DNA of 64,000 nt from Octopus vulgaris (lineage: Eukaryota): assembly GCA_951406725.2 (NCBI GenBank), contig OX597829.1, positions 53,878,001 to 53,942,000 on the forward strand, read 5' to 3'. Each line of letters starts with the position of its first letter. Position 1 is the first letter of the stretch. A program made the translations under genes and the position numbers. The notes under the pieces are model-generated. The model worked only from the letters and a program-made list of their open reading frames with translations, was not told the DNA's origin and made no database searches. Below, piece after piece: positions 13,261 through 26,370 of this stretch.

Positions 13261-13717
13261 GAATACGCGAAGGTTGATAGACAAGAGAGCGAGGGCTTCG
13301 AGAAGTGAAAAAGGTTGATAGACGAGAGAGCGAGGACTTCGAGAAGTGAAAATAAGTTTTCAACTTATCTGTACTCAGGATATAGCTGCTAGGTGAATGA
13401 GAGAGCATATGTGGGGTGGCCTTTTAAGTATAAGGTGACCGGAAGGGGAATTTTTGGACAAGGCGGAAGTGTACTAAAGAAACAGACTTCAAGATGGCGA
13501 AGGTTGATAGACGAGAGAGCGAGGACTTGAACGGGCAAAATTAATAAAGGAATACGCGAAGGTTGATAGACGAGAGAGCGAGGGCTTCGAGAAGTGAAAA
13601 AGGTTGATAGACGAGAGAGCGAGGACTTCGAGAAGTGAAAAAGGTTGATAGACGAGAGAGCGAGGACTTCGAGAAGTGAAAATAAGTTTTCAACTTATCT
13701 GTACTCAGGATATAGCT
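13261..13717. repeat. 41-bp minisatellite units within a duplicated block of an unclassified CpG-rich element
   Basis: aggttgatagacgagagagcgaggacttcgagaagtgaaaa occurs as 5 full units plus 1 partial; block 13261-13387 recurs at 13550-13717. Confidence 0.9.
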
Positions 13718-13782
13718 ATATGTATATATATTTGCATGTGTGTATATATATATATATGTATGTATATTTGTATGTGTGTATA

Positions 13783-13835
<53 letters not shown>

Positions 13836-13864
13836 GTATGTATATATATATGTGTATGTATATA

Positions 13865-13919
<55 letters not shown>

Positions 13920-14447
13920 AAGACAAAGAATGGAACAAGAACATAACCGTCGACAACAAAACATCCAGACAGTTAGATGATACAAAAAAGGACAGTAAAA
14001 AAACAAGGATGGGTTATTCGGAGCTTTTAATCTTCAATCAAGTACCAGATCATCTTTGCAATTTTGGCCGGTTAATCTTGAGACTGCTCTAATCTGGTCA
14101 GCCACAAGAAACTCTAAGCTAACAGCACTAGATTCTTTGAAAGAATGCAAGCAAATGTATATGAAAACAAGGATGAAGAAAACAGAGAAATGGTACACAA
14201 TTACAAATACAAGCAACAGGACATTAACAACAGGTGTCTTTCGACTAAGGACGAATTAAGTTAAGCTGGCATGTGTGGAAGTGAAACCTTACGGCAGGGA
14301 CATAAGAGATGAAAGGCATGGGAAGGAATATAAGAGATGCTACACAGATGGTAGTCGAACCAAGAAAGAAAGATTAGGCTTGGCTGAACACCAGTCACGT
14401 GGAAGGAGAGGAGAGAGGTAGGGGTAGAGGGATTGAAGAATTATATG

Positions 14448-14494
<47 letters not shown>

Positions 14495-15099
14495 TGCCAG
14501 ATCAGATTGGAGCCTGGTGCAGCCTCCTGGCTTCCCAGACCCCAGTTGAACCGTCCAACCCATGCTAGCATGGAGAACGGACGTTAAACGATGATGATGA
14601 TATATATGAGTGAGTAGACAAACGAAAGAAGGGCATTCAACACATTGGGAGTTACATGTGCAGATCAAAGCAGTTTGATTCAGAATCCTTGGTACCCCGT
14701 GTTTCAAATGTGTGGCTAGTCTAGTGAATGTACATCTAAGCACACATACACACTCATATAAGCACAGATGCATACACACAGATATATAGGCATATACATG
14801 TACATATATACCCCCACATCTACCACCCTTTCCTACTTCCCCCCAACCACACAACTGATTTCTTGTCCGTTATGTCGTCAATTTCCTGTACACCATGCAG
14901 TATTTTCCAACTAATTGTTGTTGCTGAAATTGTGACATCAAACCTCTATACCCTGTGACATTTCTCAACCAATCAGGCTAACATCCTGGAGTAAATATTG
15001 ACTCCCTTCAATTGAACTCTCATTCAGACCCCAATGGCTGAAGACTAGCCACTCATTTGAAATTCAGAGTACCAGAAAGTCTGAATAAAACTGTTTTGC

Positions 15100-15139
<40 letters not shown>

Positions 15140-16899
15140 GGAGTAAACACATAAATGTGAAACAAGGTGGAAAAAAGAGTACTCAAATACCAGTGGTAGA
15201 GTAATATGCTTTATTTAAAGCAGCAGCAAATTCAACAAATTATAGCAAAAACTGTCCGATGGACAGCAACGGGAAACTCAGAGTAACAGGTTTTGTTGAA
15301 TTTTCTGCTGCTTTAAATAAAGTATATATATATATATATATGTGAACACACACACACAATTTTGATGTATGAACAGGTCATAGACCACGTACATAATGAT
15401 TTGTTTTCAGTGGTGAAGGCTTGTGTAGGACAAGGCACACTTTTGGGATGCGAGTCCTTCATCAAATGAAAAGTAAAGGAAAGTTGTGATAAAGGAAGAA
15501 TGGTTGAGTAACAGGGGGGAAAAAATAAGAGGTGAAGGATTAGGGGCCAGATGGGAATACAGTTCTATAGAGCAGGAATGAAGAAAGAGAAGGAGTGAGT
15601 GTGCAGTGTGCACATAGAGGATTGTCTATGTGATGGGCATGGATGGGGAGTGCTGTGTGTGGTTTTGTGGTGTATATGTGTGTGTGTGTAGAGGTGTGCA
15701 AGTACATTGTCATTGGTTGGGGATGTGAGGTGTTGGGTATGGGTGTAATCATTAAATCAATGCGTGAGGAAAGAATGTGAGGTGGTAGAAGCAGGCATGA
15801 GCGTAAGGTAAAGGGGGGGGGGGTGAGAGTGGCGGGGAGGCTGGAGGCGGATGGGTGTGAGATGCTGCATTGTTGAAGGAAGTTAAAAACGAGTGAGTAA
15901 CGAGGGTGCTGAGTACAATATGACACACGGTTTGAAAAAAGAAGAAAAAAAAACAACTAATTATTTAGTTCTGTGAGGGAAGAAAATTAACGAGGTGGTT
16001 TTGTGAATGAACTAACACACATACACACTGACACACCCACCCTACCATGCTACCACTAACCCTGTGCCATACTTCCATACTCTCACACCTCTACGCATAC
16101 ACACACACACACAAACACACACATACAAACAGCACTATCCCTCTATGCACATCTCAAAACACAAATACACTCCTCTACATACATGCACATACACACGCAC
16201 AGGCCCCTTCTAACCTTAACTCCCTCTCATTGAACAGTATTCCCAACAGGCCCCTAACCCTACACCATACACCCATTATTTTTTCCTTCCTTTTTCAACC
16301 ACTTTCCTTCTTTTACACTCTATATTTTTGTTCTGACGAAGGACTGGTGTTGAAAACCTTTAAACTTTTTCCTTCCCTTTTAAGTGTAAAACTAAAACAT
16401 TATTTGCTAAAATTTCACATACCTTGTCTTGTATTTTTCTTTTTCTCTTTTTTTTTTTTGTTCATTGACTTTGCAATATATTCTTCATGCTTATAAGAAC
16501 TTCTTATCTCCTCCTCTTCTTCTTCTTTGTCATTATTGTCATTTAATGTCCTTGTTCCATGCCACATGGGTTGGATGGTTTGACAGGATCTGATGGGTCC
16601 AAGCACTGCACCATGTTGCAGTGTTTGACATGGTTTCTATGGCTGGATGACCTTTCCTACTCCCAATCACTTTACAATGTGTCCTGGGTGTTTTTTCATA
16701 CCACTGGCACTAGTGAGATTACCAAGGAACTTACAAGGCTATGGACGTTGAGCAGGGAGAGGGAACTTTATGGTAGGTGAATAAGGAGTAGCTGAAAATT
16801 GGTGATGAGATGTCAGCATGGATCTTCAAGGCACAAAGTGGGTAAGAATGGATGGGGCAGATACCAGGAGTTAGTGAGAGGAGAAAGGGATGTCTGATA

Positions 16900-17110
16900 A
16901 TGTAGGGTCCTTAAACCCACCAGCTGCCAAAGCCTCGTTGTAATAGGGGTCTGCAGTGTTGAAAATCTCTTTATTTGAAAACACATTCGAAATTGTCCTA
17001 CTGACAACCTTCACTAGGTTTTTAAACACAATTTGCACTGATTTCTGTATATACGATTGTATTTTGTAATGTGTAGCAGGCATATTAATGCTCGCCACGG
17101 TTATATGCTG
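16900..17110 (-). mobile_element. Penelope-like RT C-terminal fragment
   Basis: ISNVFSNKEIFNTADPYYNEALAAGGFK resembles the PLE RT thumb region. Confidence 0.55.
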
Positions 17111-17697
17111 GCCAATGATTTTATCCTCTAATTATGTTTTATATATATATATATATATAAATGAGGATATATATTTATATGTGTTTCTGTTTGTGTTTCC
17201 TTGCCTTGTGATAGCTGTAAATGGTTGTTGCTGTTATACATGCAATGTCATTCATTTCTGATATTCTGTGAGAACATGTTTGGCCATAAGGAAATATTCT
17301 TTTTCCACTCTAGGCACAAGACCCGAAATTTTTGGGGGAGGGGGCTCCAGTCGATTAGATCGACCCAGTATGCAACTGGTACTTAATTCATCAACATCGA
17401 AAGGATGAAAGGCAAAGTCAACCTCAGCAGAATTTGAACTCAGAACATACAGACAGACGAAATGCTGCTTAGCATTTTGCCCAGTGTGCTAATGATTCTG
17501 CCAGCTCACCACCTTAGGGTGGAAGATACTACAATACTTGGAAATGGGCCAAAGTTGGCCACAAGAAGGGCAGAATAAACTCTATCCAATCCATGCAACC
17601 ATGGAAATGTAGATGTTATGATGATGATGATACCATACTTGTTTTCATAGTTGAATTAAATATTGTGTTCTTTGCTTTTGTTATTTTTAATATATAG

Positions 17698-17849
17698 GTG
17701 TTTTTGGTCAAAACAATCTGTGGAATATTCACAAGCCAGAAACCTTTGAACATCCTTTAATTCCATTTGATGTTTTAACGGATGCCTTAAGTCTACCAGA
17801 GTATATAAGTCTAATACCAAAAGAACCTGATGAATCAGAAGCAACTAAT
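17698..17849 (+). CDS. WD40-repeat protein exon (post-WD40 FGQ-W region)
   Basis: tatatag| acceptor, (G)VFGQNNLWNIHKPETFEHPLIPFDVLTDALSLPEY..., donor gtacgt; the GxFGQxxxW motif is typical of this family. Confidence 0.88.
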
Positions 17850-18039
17850 GTACGTCGTTTATTTACTTTTGCACTTGTCTCGTTCATTTATGTTTGCATT
17901 CGTTTAGTTCTTTCAAATGTTTAAAGTATCAGAAACTCTGAGAACTGGCATTCCCTGTTAAAGTTTCACTTTTAAGAGGTAGTTTTCTAGAATTGCTTTT
18001 TTAAGTTCTTGGTAAAATATCTCACATAAATTGTTCTTC

Positions 18040-18258
18040 TTATTTCTTTACTGCCCACAAGGGGCTAAACATTGAGGGGACAAACAAATAAAGTTGATTA
18101 CATCGACCCCAGTGCGTAACTGGTACTTATTTAATCGACCCCGAAAGGATGAAAGGCAAAGTTGACCTCAGCAGAATTTGATCTCAGAACATAGCGGCAG
18201 AGGAAATACCGCTAAGCATTTCGCCCGGCATGCTAACGTTTCTGCCAGTTTGCCGCCT
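18040..18258 (-). repeat. tRNA-derived SINE family B (Nin/Deu-like core); other copies at ~17305-17515, 21990-22200, 22535-22740, 34010-34180, 44215-44375 and 58190-58410
   Basis: Minus-strand head ggcggcaaactggcagaaacgttagc, B-box-like gag(t/a)tcaaattc, core gcctttcatcctttcggggtcgattaaataagtacc. Confidence 0.85.
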
Positions 18259-18406
18259 TGTTGTAAATTGTTCTTCTGGAAGATTATTTTTCTTATATAA
18301 TTATTACAAGAACACATTTATATCTTTAGTCACAATATGTGAATTCACTGGAGTAAAAGACACATACAAATCTATTAGTATATAGCTATTTTTATATGTA
18401 TACTTC

Positions 18407-19143
18407 TGTTCCTACGCGGCATGGTTTGTTTATTCTCTACCTTAAGCTTTCTCTTAAGTTATATTATTTATTTAGGCTTTCCTCTGAGTAAGGGAAAATA
18501 CAACGATTTATCGTCACTTATACTAAAGTGTTATCATTGTATCTTTAACCCTAACTGCAGTTGTAACGTCATATAGACATATTCGCATGGAATGCTAACT
18601 CAACGACCATGTATGTTGAATATTTTAATCGTGTCCTTTAAACCGCTATAAGAAACACAAATCAAAGATTACAGAAATGCATATTTATCTATGCTCAGTT
18701 GAAAGACAAACGTGAAGAGAAACATTTTCTTTTTAATTATTTAATTTATATAAATATAACATTTTATATTTATTTACAAGAAGAAAGATATCTTAGTCGT
18801 GAAGAAAAACGGCTATAAATTCCTTAGCTAATTTCTTTTTCTATCTAATACGTTAACCCACAAATCAGAATAGATTTGTGATTAACGTAGACCTGGCATA
18901 AAAATTTACCGCTGTCTCCAAAAGAGTGAGTGACGTGGATTTGAACAGCTACCAACGAACACTAAAGTCTCTCCCCAAATCCAGGGTTTTTATAACTGCT
19001 CAACCTGACCAAGAAGAATCCTTATTCGAGCCGTTACACCAACCAATGGGAAAAGAGTGAAAATGATAATTCTTTGGCAAAGACACTACGTCATATTGCC
19101 AATTCGCGCCACATTTCAAAATGGCTAAAATGCTACTGCTACA
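18407..19143 (-). mobile_element. Solo LTR (737 bp, Gypsy-like)
   Basis: TGT...ACA termini; 4-bp TSD CTTC at 18403-18406 and 19144-19147; TATAAAA and AATAAA on the minus strand; CpG retained. Confidence 0.75.
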
Positions 19144-19989
19144 CTTCTATATGTATGTGCAGTGCATTGTGTTCTTGAGCAAGACACTTTATTTCATGTT
19201 GTTCCAGTCGTCTCGGCTGATCAAATATTAGTTGTACTTGAAATTCAAAAGCACCAACCCTGTCGCATTGTGTGCCATGCTGAATATACTTTAGAACTAT
19301 GTTGAGGGTAGACATGTCTGTGGAATACTCGGCCACTTGCAGGTTAATTTCACCAGCAGGCTGTTCCATTTTTTGGATCAACTGAAACACACATCACTGT
19401 AACTGACAGAGTGCCAATTATGGTTTTTTAATGAGAGTGTGTAAAAAAGAGAAAGTATATATGTATGCCTTTTGTTGTTGATGACTATGACGACGATGAG
19501 CAACTGTGTATCACAATAAAGTCATCATCATCATCATCATTTAACATCTGCTTTCCATGCTGGCATTGCTTGGACAGTTTGAAGACTGGCAAGCCAGTTG
19601 GTTGCACCAGGCTCCAATCTGATCTGGCAAGGTTTCTACTGCTGGATGCCCTTCCTAATGCCAACCACTTCGAGATTGTAGTGGGTGCTTTTTATGTGCC
19701 AGTCAGGTGGCACTGGCATTGACCAGGCTTGATTGGTGCTTTTTATGTGCCACTGGTACAGGAGCCAGTCATGTAGCACCAGCATTGACTATGGTGCCTT
19801 TTACATGCCTCCAGCATGGGTGCCAGTCAGGCAGCACTGGCCACAACTATGATTTCACTTGACTCAACAGGTCTTTTCAAGCACAGCATATTGCTTGACG
19901 ATTGAAGGGTACTTTTAACTGGACCAGCTATGTGACACTGGCATTAGCCACAGCTATGATCTCATTTGGCTTGACAGATCTTCTCAAGC

Positions 19990-20815
19990 ACAGCATATGT
20001 TCAAAGGTCTCGGTCTCTTGTCATTGCCTCTGTGAGGCACAACATTTGAAGGTTGTGCTTCACCACCTCATTCGATGTCTTCCTGGGTCTATGCTTCTCC
20101 CTGGCACAAACCCAAACTGCATCTTGTCTAAACTAACTCTATCCATAATTAGTTGGGCTATGACCCTCTCCGTGACCTTCATTACCTGATCCAACAACTT
20201 GATACCTCTGTAATTATTTGTATCTAAAGCATCACCTTTACCTTTGTAGCAGTTGACTATTATACTGCTACACCAGTTCATGTATCACCTGGTTGACTAT
20301 ATGGGTGACTAGACTATAGCTGACACCACCAGATATTTTAAGCATCTCTGTGATGATTCCTGATGGGCTGGGGGGGGGGGGGTCCCTGTCGTCAAGCCCT
20401 TAATTGCTTTATCTACCAAGGTACTGTTAATTTGGATAGCTGGTCCCTCTGTTGGGTCGACATTCAGCAGACTCTCTTCCATTCATTCTCTTCATTTAGC
20501 AACCTTCCATAGTGGCGTCTCCAAGTCTCTCTCTTTGCAGCATCACTAAATGCAAGTGAGCCATCATCCATGCGGACACATTTCTTTCCTATGACATCAT
20601 GATTCTCTCTCATACACTGTCTTGCAATACAAAACATTTCAAATCTCTGGTCCTCACGATGCAGAACATTGGCAATTTTTTTCTTATTTGCTTCCCCTCT
20701 GTTTAAATAATCAGGTCTCGTAGCTTCCCTTCGGGTGATCAGATGCAGTTCTCTGCTACCATCACACTTCCAGTCCTTCCATTCCTGTTTCTTTTCCCTA
20801 ATGGCCCTGCCGACT
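19990..20815 (-). mobile_element. RTE-clade LINE reverse transcriptase fragment
   Basis: IIVNCYKGKGDALDTNNYRGIKLLDQVMKVTERVIAQLIMDRVSLDKMQFGFVPGRS. Confidence 0.9.
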
Positions 20816-20920
20816 ACATATCACAAAAAAGTATTAAAATATTCTCGGAAGCATGAACTGAACTTGTTTCGGCCATAAAAAAATCTTTATTTTATTTATA
20901 TTTCTTCTTTTGCCTTTCAG

Positions 20921-21030
20921 AATGTTGAAACTAATTATCAAATTCTTTCTTCAACTTCATCCAAAGAAGCAGATGTTTCTTTACATGATGAACTAAAGGC
21001 TGAATTAATCCAGGGATTAAAAGCAATGAG
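20921..21030 (+). CDS. WD40-repeat protein penultimate exon (GC donor)
   Basis: Strong pyrimidine tract tttcttcttttgcctttcag|, NVETNYQILSSTSSKEADVSLHDELKAELIQGLKAM, then AG|GCAAGA; phase 2 matches the exon at 24132. Confidence 0.65.
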
Positions 21031-24000
21031 GCAAGAATAATTTATTTGTTATTTTTATCTATGTTTATGTATGCTTACAGTGATGTGTGTTTCTATGGAT
21101 GAATGTGTTTATTCTGTAAATAGACTGAGAAACAGTAATGACAAAAAGTTAATAATTTAACATATAAATTGGTCATATCCAGAGCAAATGTTCTATTCCT
21201 TTTTCATTGAAACTGGCCAGGTTCAGCCTCTTACATCTACCCTACAATAAACAATCCCATCTTCAAAATCTTGATGATACAACATACTACATGATTAATT
21301 TTTAAAAACACTGACAAATAAGCATTACATTTGATAAATTAATCTGAATGCTAAATGGTTAAATGTCATCTGGTGGTTTTGGTTTTACGATGATCAACTT
21401 TGATAATGTTGATGCTTATGAATCAACTGGGAAGCACACACAGACAGTTCTTGTGATATCATTAGGGTGGGCCATAACGAGGGAAACCGACATGATTTTT
21501 GAATAGTTTAGTGGGTGTACAGGTGATAAAGAAATTAAGGTTCAACAAATAGAATCTGAGCTTGTCATCATCATTATCATCATCATTTAATGTCCGCTTT
21601 CCATGCTAGCATGGGTTGGACGGTGCAACTGGGGTCTGTGAAGCCAGAAGGCTGCATCAGGCCCAGTCTGATCTGGCAGTGTTTCTATGGCTGGATGCCC
21701 TTCCTAACGCCAACCACTCTGCGAGTGTAGTGGGGGCTTTTTACGTGCCACCCGCACAGGCGCCAGACGGTGCTGGCAAACGGCCATGAACAGATGGTGC
21801 TTTTACGTGTCACCGGCACGGAGGCCAGGCGAGGCTGGCAACGGACACGAACAGATGGTGCTTTTACGTGCCACCGGCATGGAGGCCAGTCGGGGCGGCG
21901 CTGGCAACGCTGTCAGTTAATGGAAACCTTAAAACAGGCAATAAACTGTATACCCAGCATCATCAAACATGTTGATAAAAGTATCCGTTTCTACTCGAAG
22001 CACAAGGCCCAAAATTTGTGGGGAGGGGGGCCAGTCAATTAGATCAACTCCAGTATGCAACTGGTACTTAATTTATCAACCCTGAAAGGATGAAAAGTAA
22101 AGTCGACCTCGGCAGAATTTGAACTCAGAACGTAAAGACAAACGAAATACTGCTAAGCATTTCGCCCGGTGTGCTAACGTTGCTGCCAGCTCACCGCTTT
22201 ATCTTGATAAAAGTATTATCAAGCATGATATCTTCTGATAAAGAGAATTCTACCAAAGTACCGACATGCAACCACAATCAGGAATTTTTAAAAAAGCATG
22301 TCTTGTTGAACAACTAATAACAAACCACCTTAAAAATGCTAAAAAGGTGAACTAATGAGGTAGCCTTATCTGCTAAAAATAGCAGCAGCAATATCTTCCT
22401 CAAAACAACCCCTAATGACTTTAAAATAAAACGACATATTGAACAATGTAGTCATAGAGATACAAAGAGCTGAAGTGGTCGTGGCTAGAATGGTTATAGG
22501 TCTGCTCAATTAAGGCTGGATTTGAGTTATCAGACACAAGCACCTGAAATTTTGTGGGGTGAGGGTGGGGAGCTAGTTGATTACATCAACCTCCGGTGCT
22601 AAACTGCTTCTTATTTTATCGATACCAAAAGGATGAAGGGTAAATTTGACCTTGATAGAATTTGAACTTGGAACGTAAAGCACCAGAGGAAATGCCACTA
22701 AGCACTTTGTTTGATACACTAATGCTTTTACTAGCTCACAGAATAATATACAACAGTAAGAAAGGGGTCATACATGGTATATTGTATAACTCACCATTAA
22801 AACATTAAACCAGAGCTGCAAAGAAACCTCCACTCCCTCATTTGCAGAATGGCAATAAATTCCATTAGTTGTACGTCATGAAAAATGTAAAGGTGAGTTA
22901 TATCTCTCCATATGCAGAACATGTGAAAATCATAATACAAAAATATTACAATCAAACCCAAAATTAACATTTGGTTTCCAGATTAGGGAACATCATAGCA
23001 GTTTCTGCCAACATTATATATATAATTCAGGACAAAGTACCAGAATTTCAGAAAGAAAGAAATAAAGTACTGTGACTTCTGTAAGATAAAGCCCACATTA
23101 TTTTTATCCATTCCATACAAAACTTTTCATAAACTTTAAGACAGTCTGTCTTATAACCAATAACAACATGACTTATTGGAAGCACCATGTACCATTTAAA
23201 GTAGTTTGCTGTTCAAGCTAATGAGAGAACAACCTGCTAGAAATAAGTCAAATGTACCTTGACCTTACTCACTATCTTAAAAAATGAAAGGACACTTTGG
23301 AGAATGTAACCCTGGATATATAAGAATATAAGATGATCAGGCTGGAATGCCTTTCCTCATAAGGTCTACTGTATGGGGAATGACCTGTTATCAGACATAT
23401 CTTCGCATTCAGTTGATGAATGTAGTCAGCCATGGCTTAATTGTATGACACATTATAGAGCCAAATACATAATCTTTTTTCCCCTCAGATATTACTAAAT
23501 CCATCTATATTTTTCTGTAATTTGTTTATTGCCATGTCTGTTTCACAGACTATTTCCCCTTGCCTTGCACAAGGTAACCCCTCATCACAATTATGATGGG
23601 GAGTTCTACACAAAACCATACTCAGGTATATTATCAAGGCTGATCCAGTAGGTATTTCAAGTCTTGCATCATACACTTCTGCCCAGGTGACACAATTCAT
23701 TTTGATCAACCCTTGGCCTATGTCCATGTAACATTCAGGCCACACTGGCCACCTCATTTCAGCCAGAACCATCTAGATGCTTTCTCTATAGTGTCCAAAC
23801 TGCTCTTGATGGCCCTTCTTCTTCACACGGAGTTCCGTAGGCCTTAGTAAGGGAACAATTTGCAAACCCTTGACTGTCCACCTTCACTAGTATGTACCTC
23901 ATCCTTTAATGATTCATGCAGCTATTTTTCCCTTTTCCTCTTCTTGTGCTTCTTCAATTCTCTTTTCCCAGGACACAGTTGCAATAACATGAATTGTCTT

Positions 24001-24131
24001 GTGCTCTCAGAAACTAAGATGATGTTTGGACTCAACAAGAACTTCTGTTGATTGTTGCTTCTACTTTTTTTTCTTGTATTTTTAATGTTATTATCAACTT
24101 CATCTTCAGTAATGTTAATATATGTTTTCAG

Positions 24132-24294
24132 AATCGACTCAAGAAAAGTGCATGCATCGGATACAGTAAACGGAATATATAAAATTCTACATTATCATGA
24201 ACTGAACAAGATTCCTGATTTGGAAATACCTTCTTGTCTGATGAGAAGGAAAGATGACATCTTTGGCACTGACTTTGAATATATGAAAGACTGA
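24132..24294 (+). CDS. WD40-repeat protein terminal coding exon
   Basis: gttttcag| acceptor, (R)IDSRKVHASDTVNGIYKILHYHELNKIPDLEIPSCLMRRKDDIFGTDFEYMKD*, AATAAA about 50 nt downstream. Confidence 0.7.
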
Positions 24295-26336
24295 TTTAAA
24301 AAAAAAAAAAAGAAAATCTTTCACGATACTTGTTTTGTGTATAAATAAAAATAACTTTTATAACTGTTTATATTTCGTTAAAAGAAAATACGCAATAAAT
24401 TATAACCAAAGAAGAGGTCTGTACCTCTGTCCTTTACATATGCTGTGTTATAGTTTATTTTTTAATTCTTTCAGTCATTCCTGGTACTTATTCTATCAAT
24501 CTTTTCTGCCAAACTGCTTAGTTACGAGAATGTAAACACACCAGTGCTAATTGTCAGGCAGTGATGGGGGACAAAAACACAGGCACAATATACACACACA
24601 CACGATGGGCTTCTTTCAGATGTCACACAGTGGAACTGAACCTAGGAACCATGTGGTTGGGAAGCAAGCTTCTTACCACACAACCACACCTGTGTAAAAA
24701 ATTTCAAGGTCTAACAATTAGAATTCACTCACAGACACTATTTTACATTGATAGGTGTTCAGTTCGAATTTAGTTGTTTACTTTTGCTACAAAGAAATTA
24801 CTTCTCTCATAATTAAATAGAATTCATCATTTTTACATAATCATCTCTTAACATCCATTTTCCCACACTTGCAAGAGTCAGAAGGAATTTGTTGGGTGAG
24901 ATTTTCTACAGCCAGATGCCTTTCCTGTCACCAACCTTCACCTGTTTATGAGCAAGGTAATATTTCCTTATGGCCAGGCATGTTTTCACAGAATATTGGA
25001 AATGATGATTTTCAACTTTAAGTGATGTCAAGATGAGGTGACACAAGCATACACATGCTCATGTGTGTGTATACAAATACACATGTAGATAATTTACTCT
25101 TACACACATGTACACACACAAATTTCTTTCAGCTTTCGTCTACCAAATCCACTGACAAGGTTTTGATCAACCTAGGGCTATAGTGGAAGGCATTTGCCAT
25201 ATCTGTGCACATTTAATTTTATTTCATATCAGCTGCTACTGTTTTTCTCTTTCTTAATGTTGGCATGAAGAACAATTTTGATGTTATCCTCTCTCATCAG
25301 TACAAAATAAAAGAATAGTAATAACATTACCTGTAACAAAATTCTGAAAAAAAGAAATATAGAGATAGATAAAAAGAAATACTTGATTAAAATATTTCAT
25401 GGAACAATATATACTTACATGGAGTCGTCTTCAAACAAATGTAAATGGCTGGAATGAAAGTCTTCTATATGAAATCCAGCATAAATGAAAAAGGGTTTGA
25501 TACAAACATTGGTCAAATATATTGTGTTAACAAAAATTCATAAATTTATATATCAATTTAAATAAACCAGATCTGAATTTGTTCATGAGCTATATTGAAT
25601 TTCATGAAATATTTTAATAAATGTCAATTTTGCTGATTTTTTTCCCCCAAATTCTTACCAAATGTAGTGAAATTAATGTACTTCCAATAATTTTGTATTA
25701 TTAAAATATATACTCTTTATCTTATATTAAACTTTTTAATAGTTATATTTATAAAAAAAAAAAAATAATAATAATAATAAAAATAAAAATAATAAAATAT
25801 GTATATATATATATATATATAAATATCATCATCATTTAGTGTCTGCTTTCCATGCTAGCACGGGTTTGACGGTTCAACTGGGGTCTGGGAAGCCAGAAGG
25901 CTGCATCAGGCCCAGTCTGATCTGGCAGTGTTTCTACAGCTGGATGCCCTTCCTAATGCCAACCACTCCGTGAGTGTAGTGGGTGCTTTTTATGTGCCAC
26001 CGACACAGGTGCCAGATGAGGCTGGCAAACGGCCACGGACGGATGGTGCTTTTTACATGCCACCGGCACAGGGGCCAGGTGAGGCTGGCAACGGCCACGA
26101 ACGGATGGTGCTCTTTACGTGCCTATATATATATATATAAAAAAATTTATAAGTATAAATTAATAATTTAAATAATTTTTTAAATTTTAACTTTAAATTT
26201 AAATAATTTAAATTTTGAATTTTATTTTTTATATATTTTGTATATCATATTGATTAATTTTATTTCTATGTATTGGTTTATGTTTTTCACTGTTTGATTT
26301 GCCTAATAGTGGTTTTATCTCTAATTTAATATATAC

Positions 26337-26367
<31 letters not shown>

Positions 26368-26370
26368 TAT

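Noticed and set aside
13261-13717. CRISPR-like array
   Set aside because: The 41-bp units are contiguous with no unique spacers, there are no cas genes, and the context is eukaryotic.
13645-14092. ORFs rich in Y/I/C/H (also 29842-30072, 41416-41747, 42130-42549)
   Set aside because: These are translations of (TA)n and (TG)n microsatellites.
22982-23080. Possible extra WD40-gene exon after ttggtttccag
   Set aside because: The frames hit stops or lack a phase-compatible donor, and exons 21030 and 24132 already join in frame.
23490-24050. Possible LINE relics here and at 48250-48900
   Set aside because: Composition suggests old retroelement sequence, but I could not read a diagnostic motif.
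24236-24262. CTGATGA-gaag-GAAA hammerhead-like match
   Set aside because: It lies within a coding exon, has no stem II, and G would be at the cleavage position. The CTGATGA matches at 17827, 55377 and 61258 also lack the required stems.
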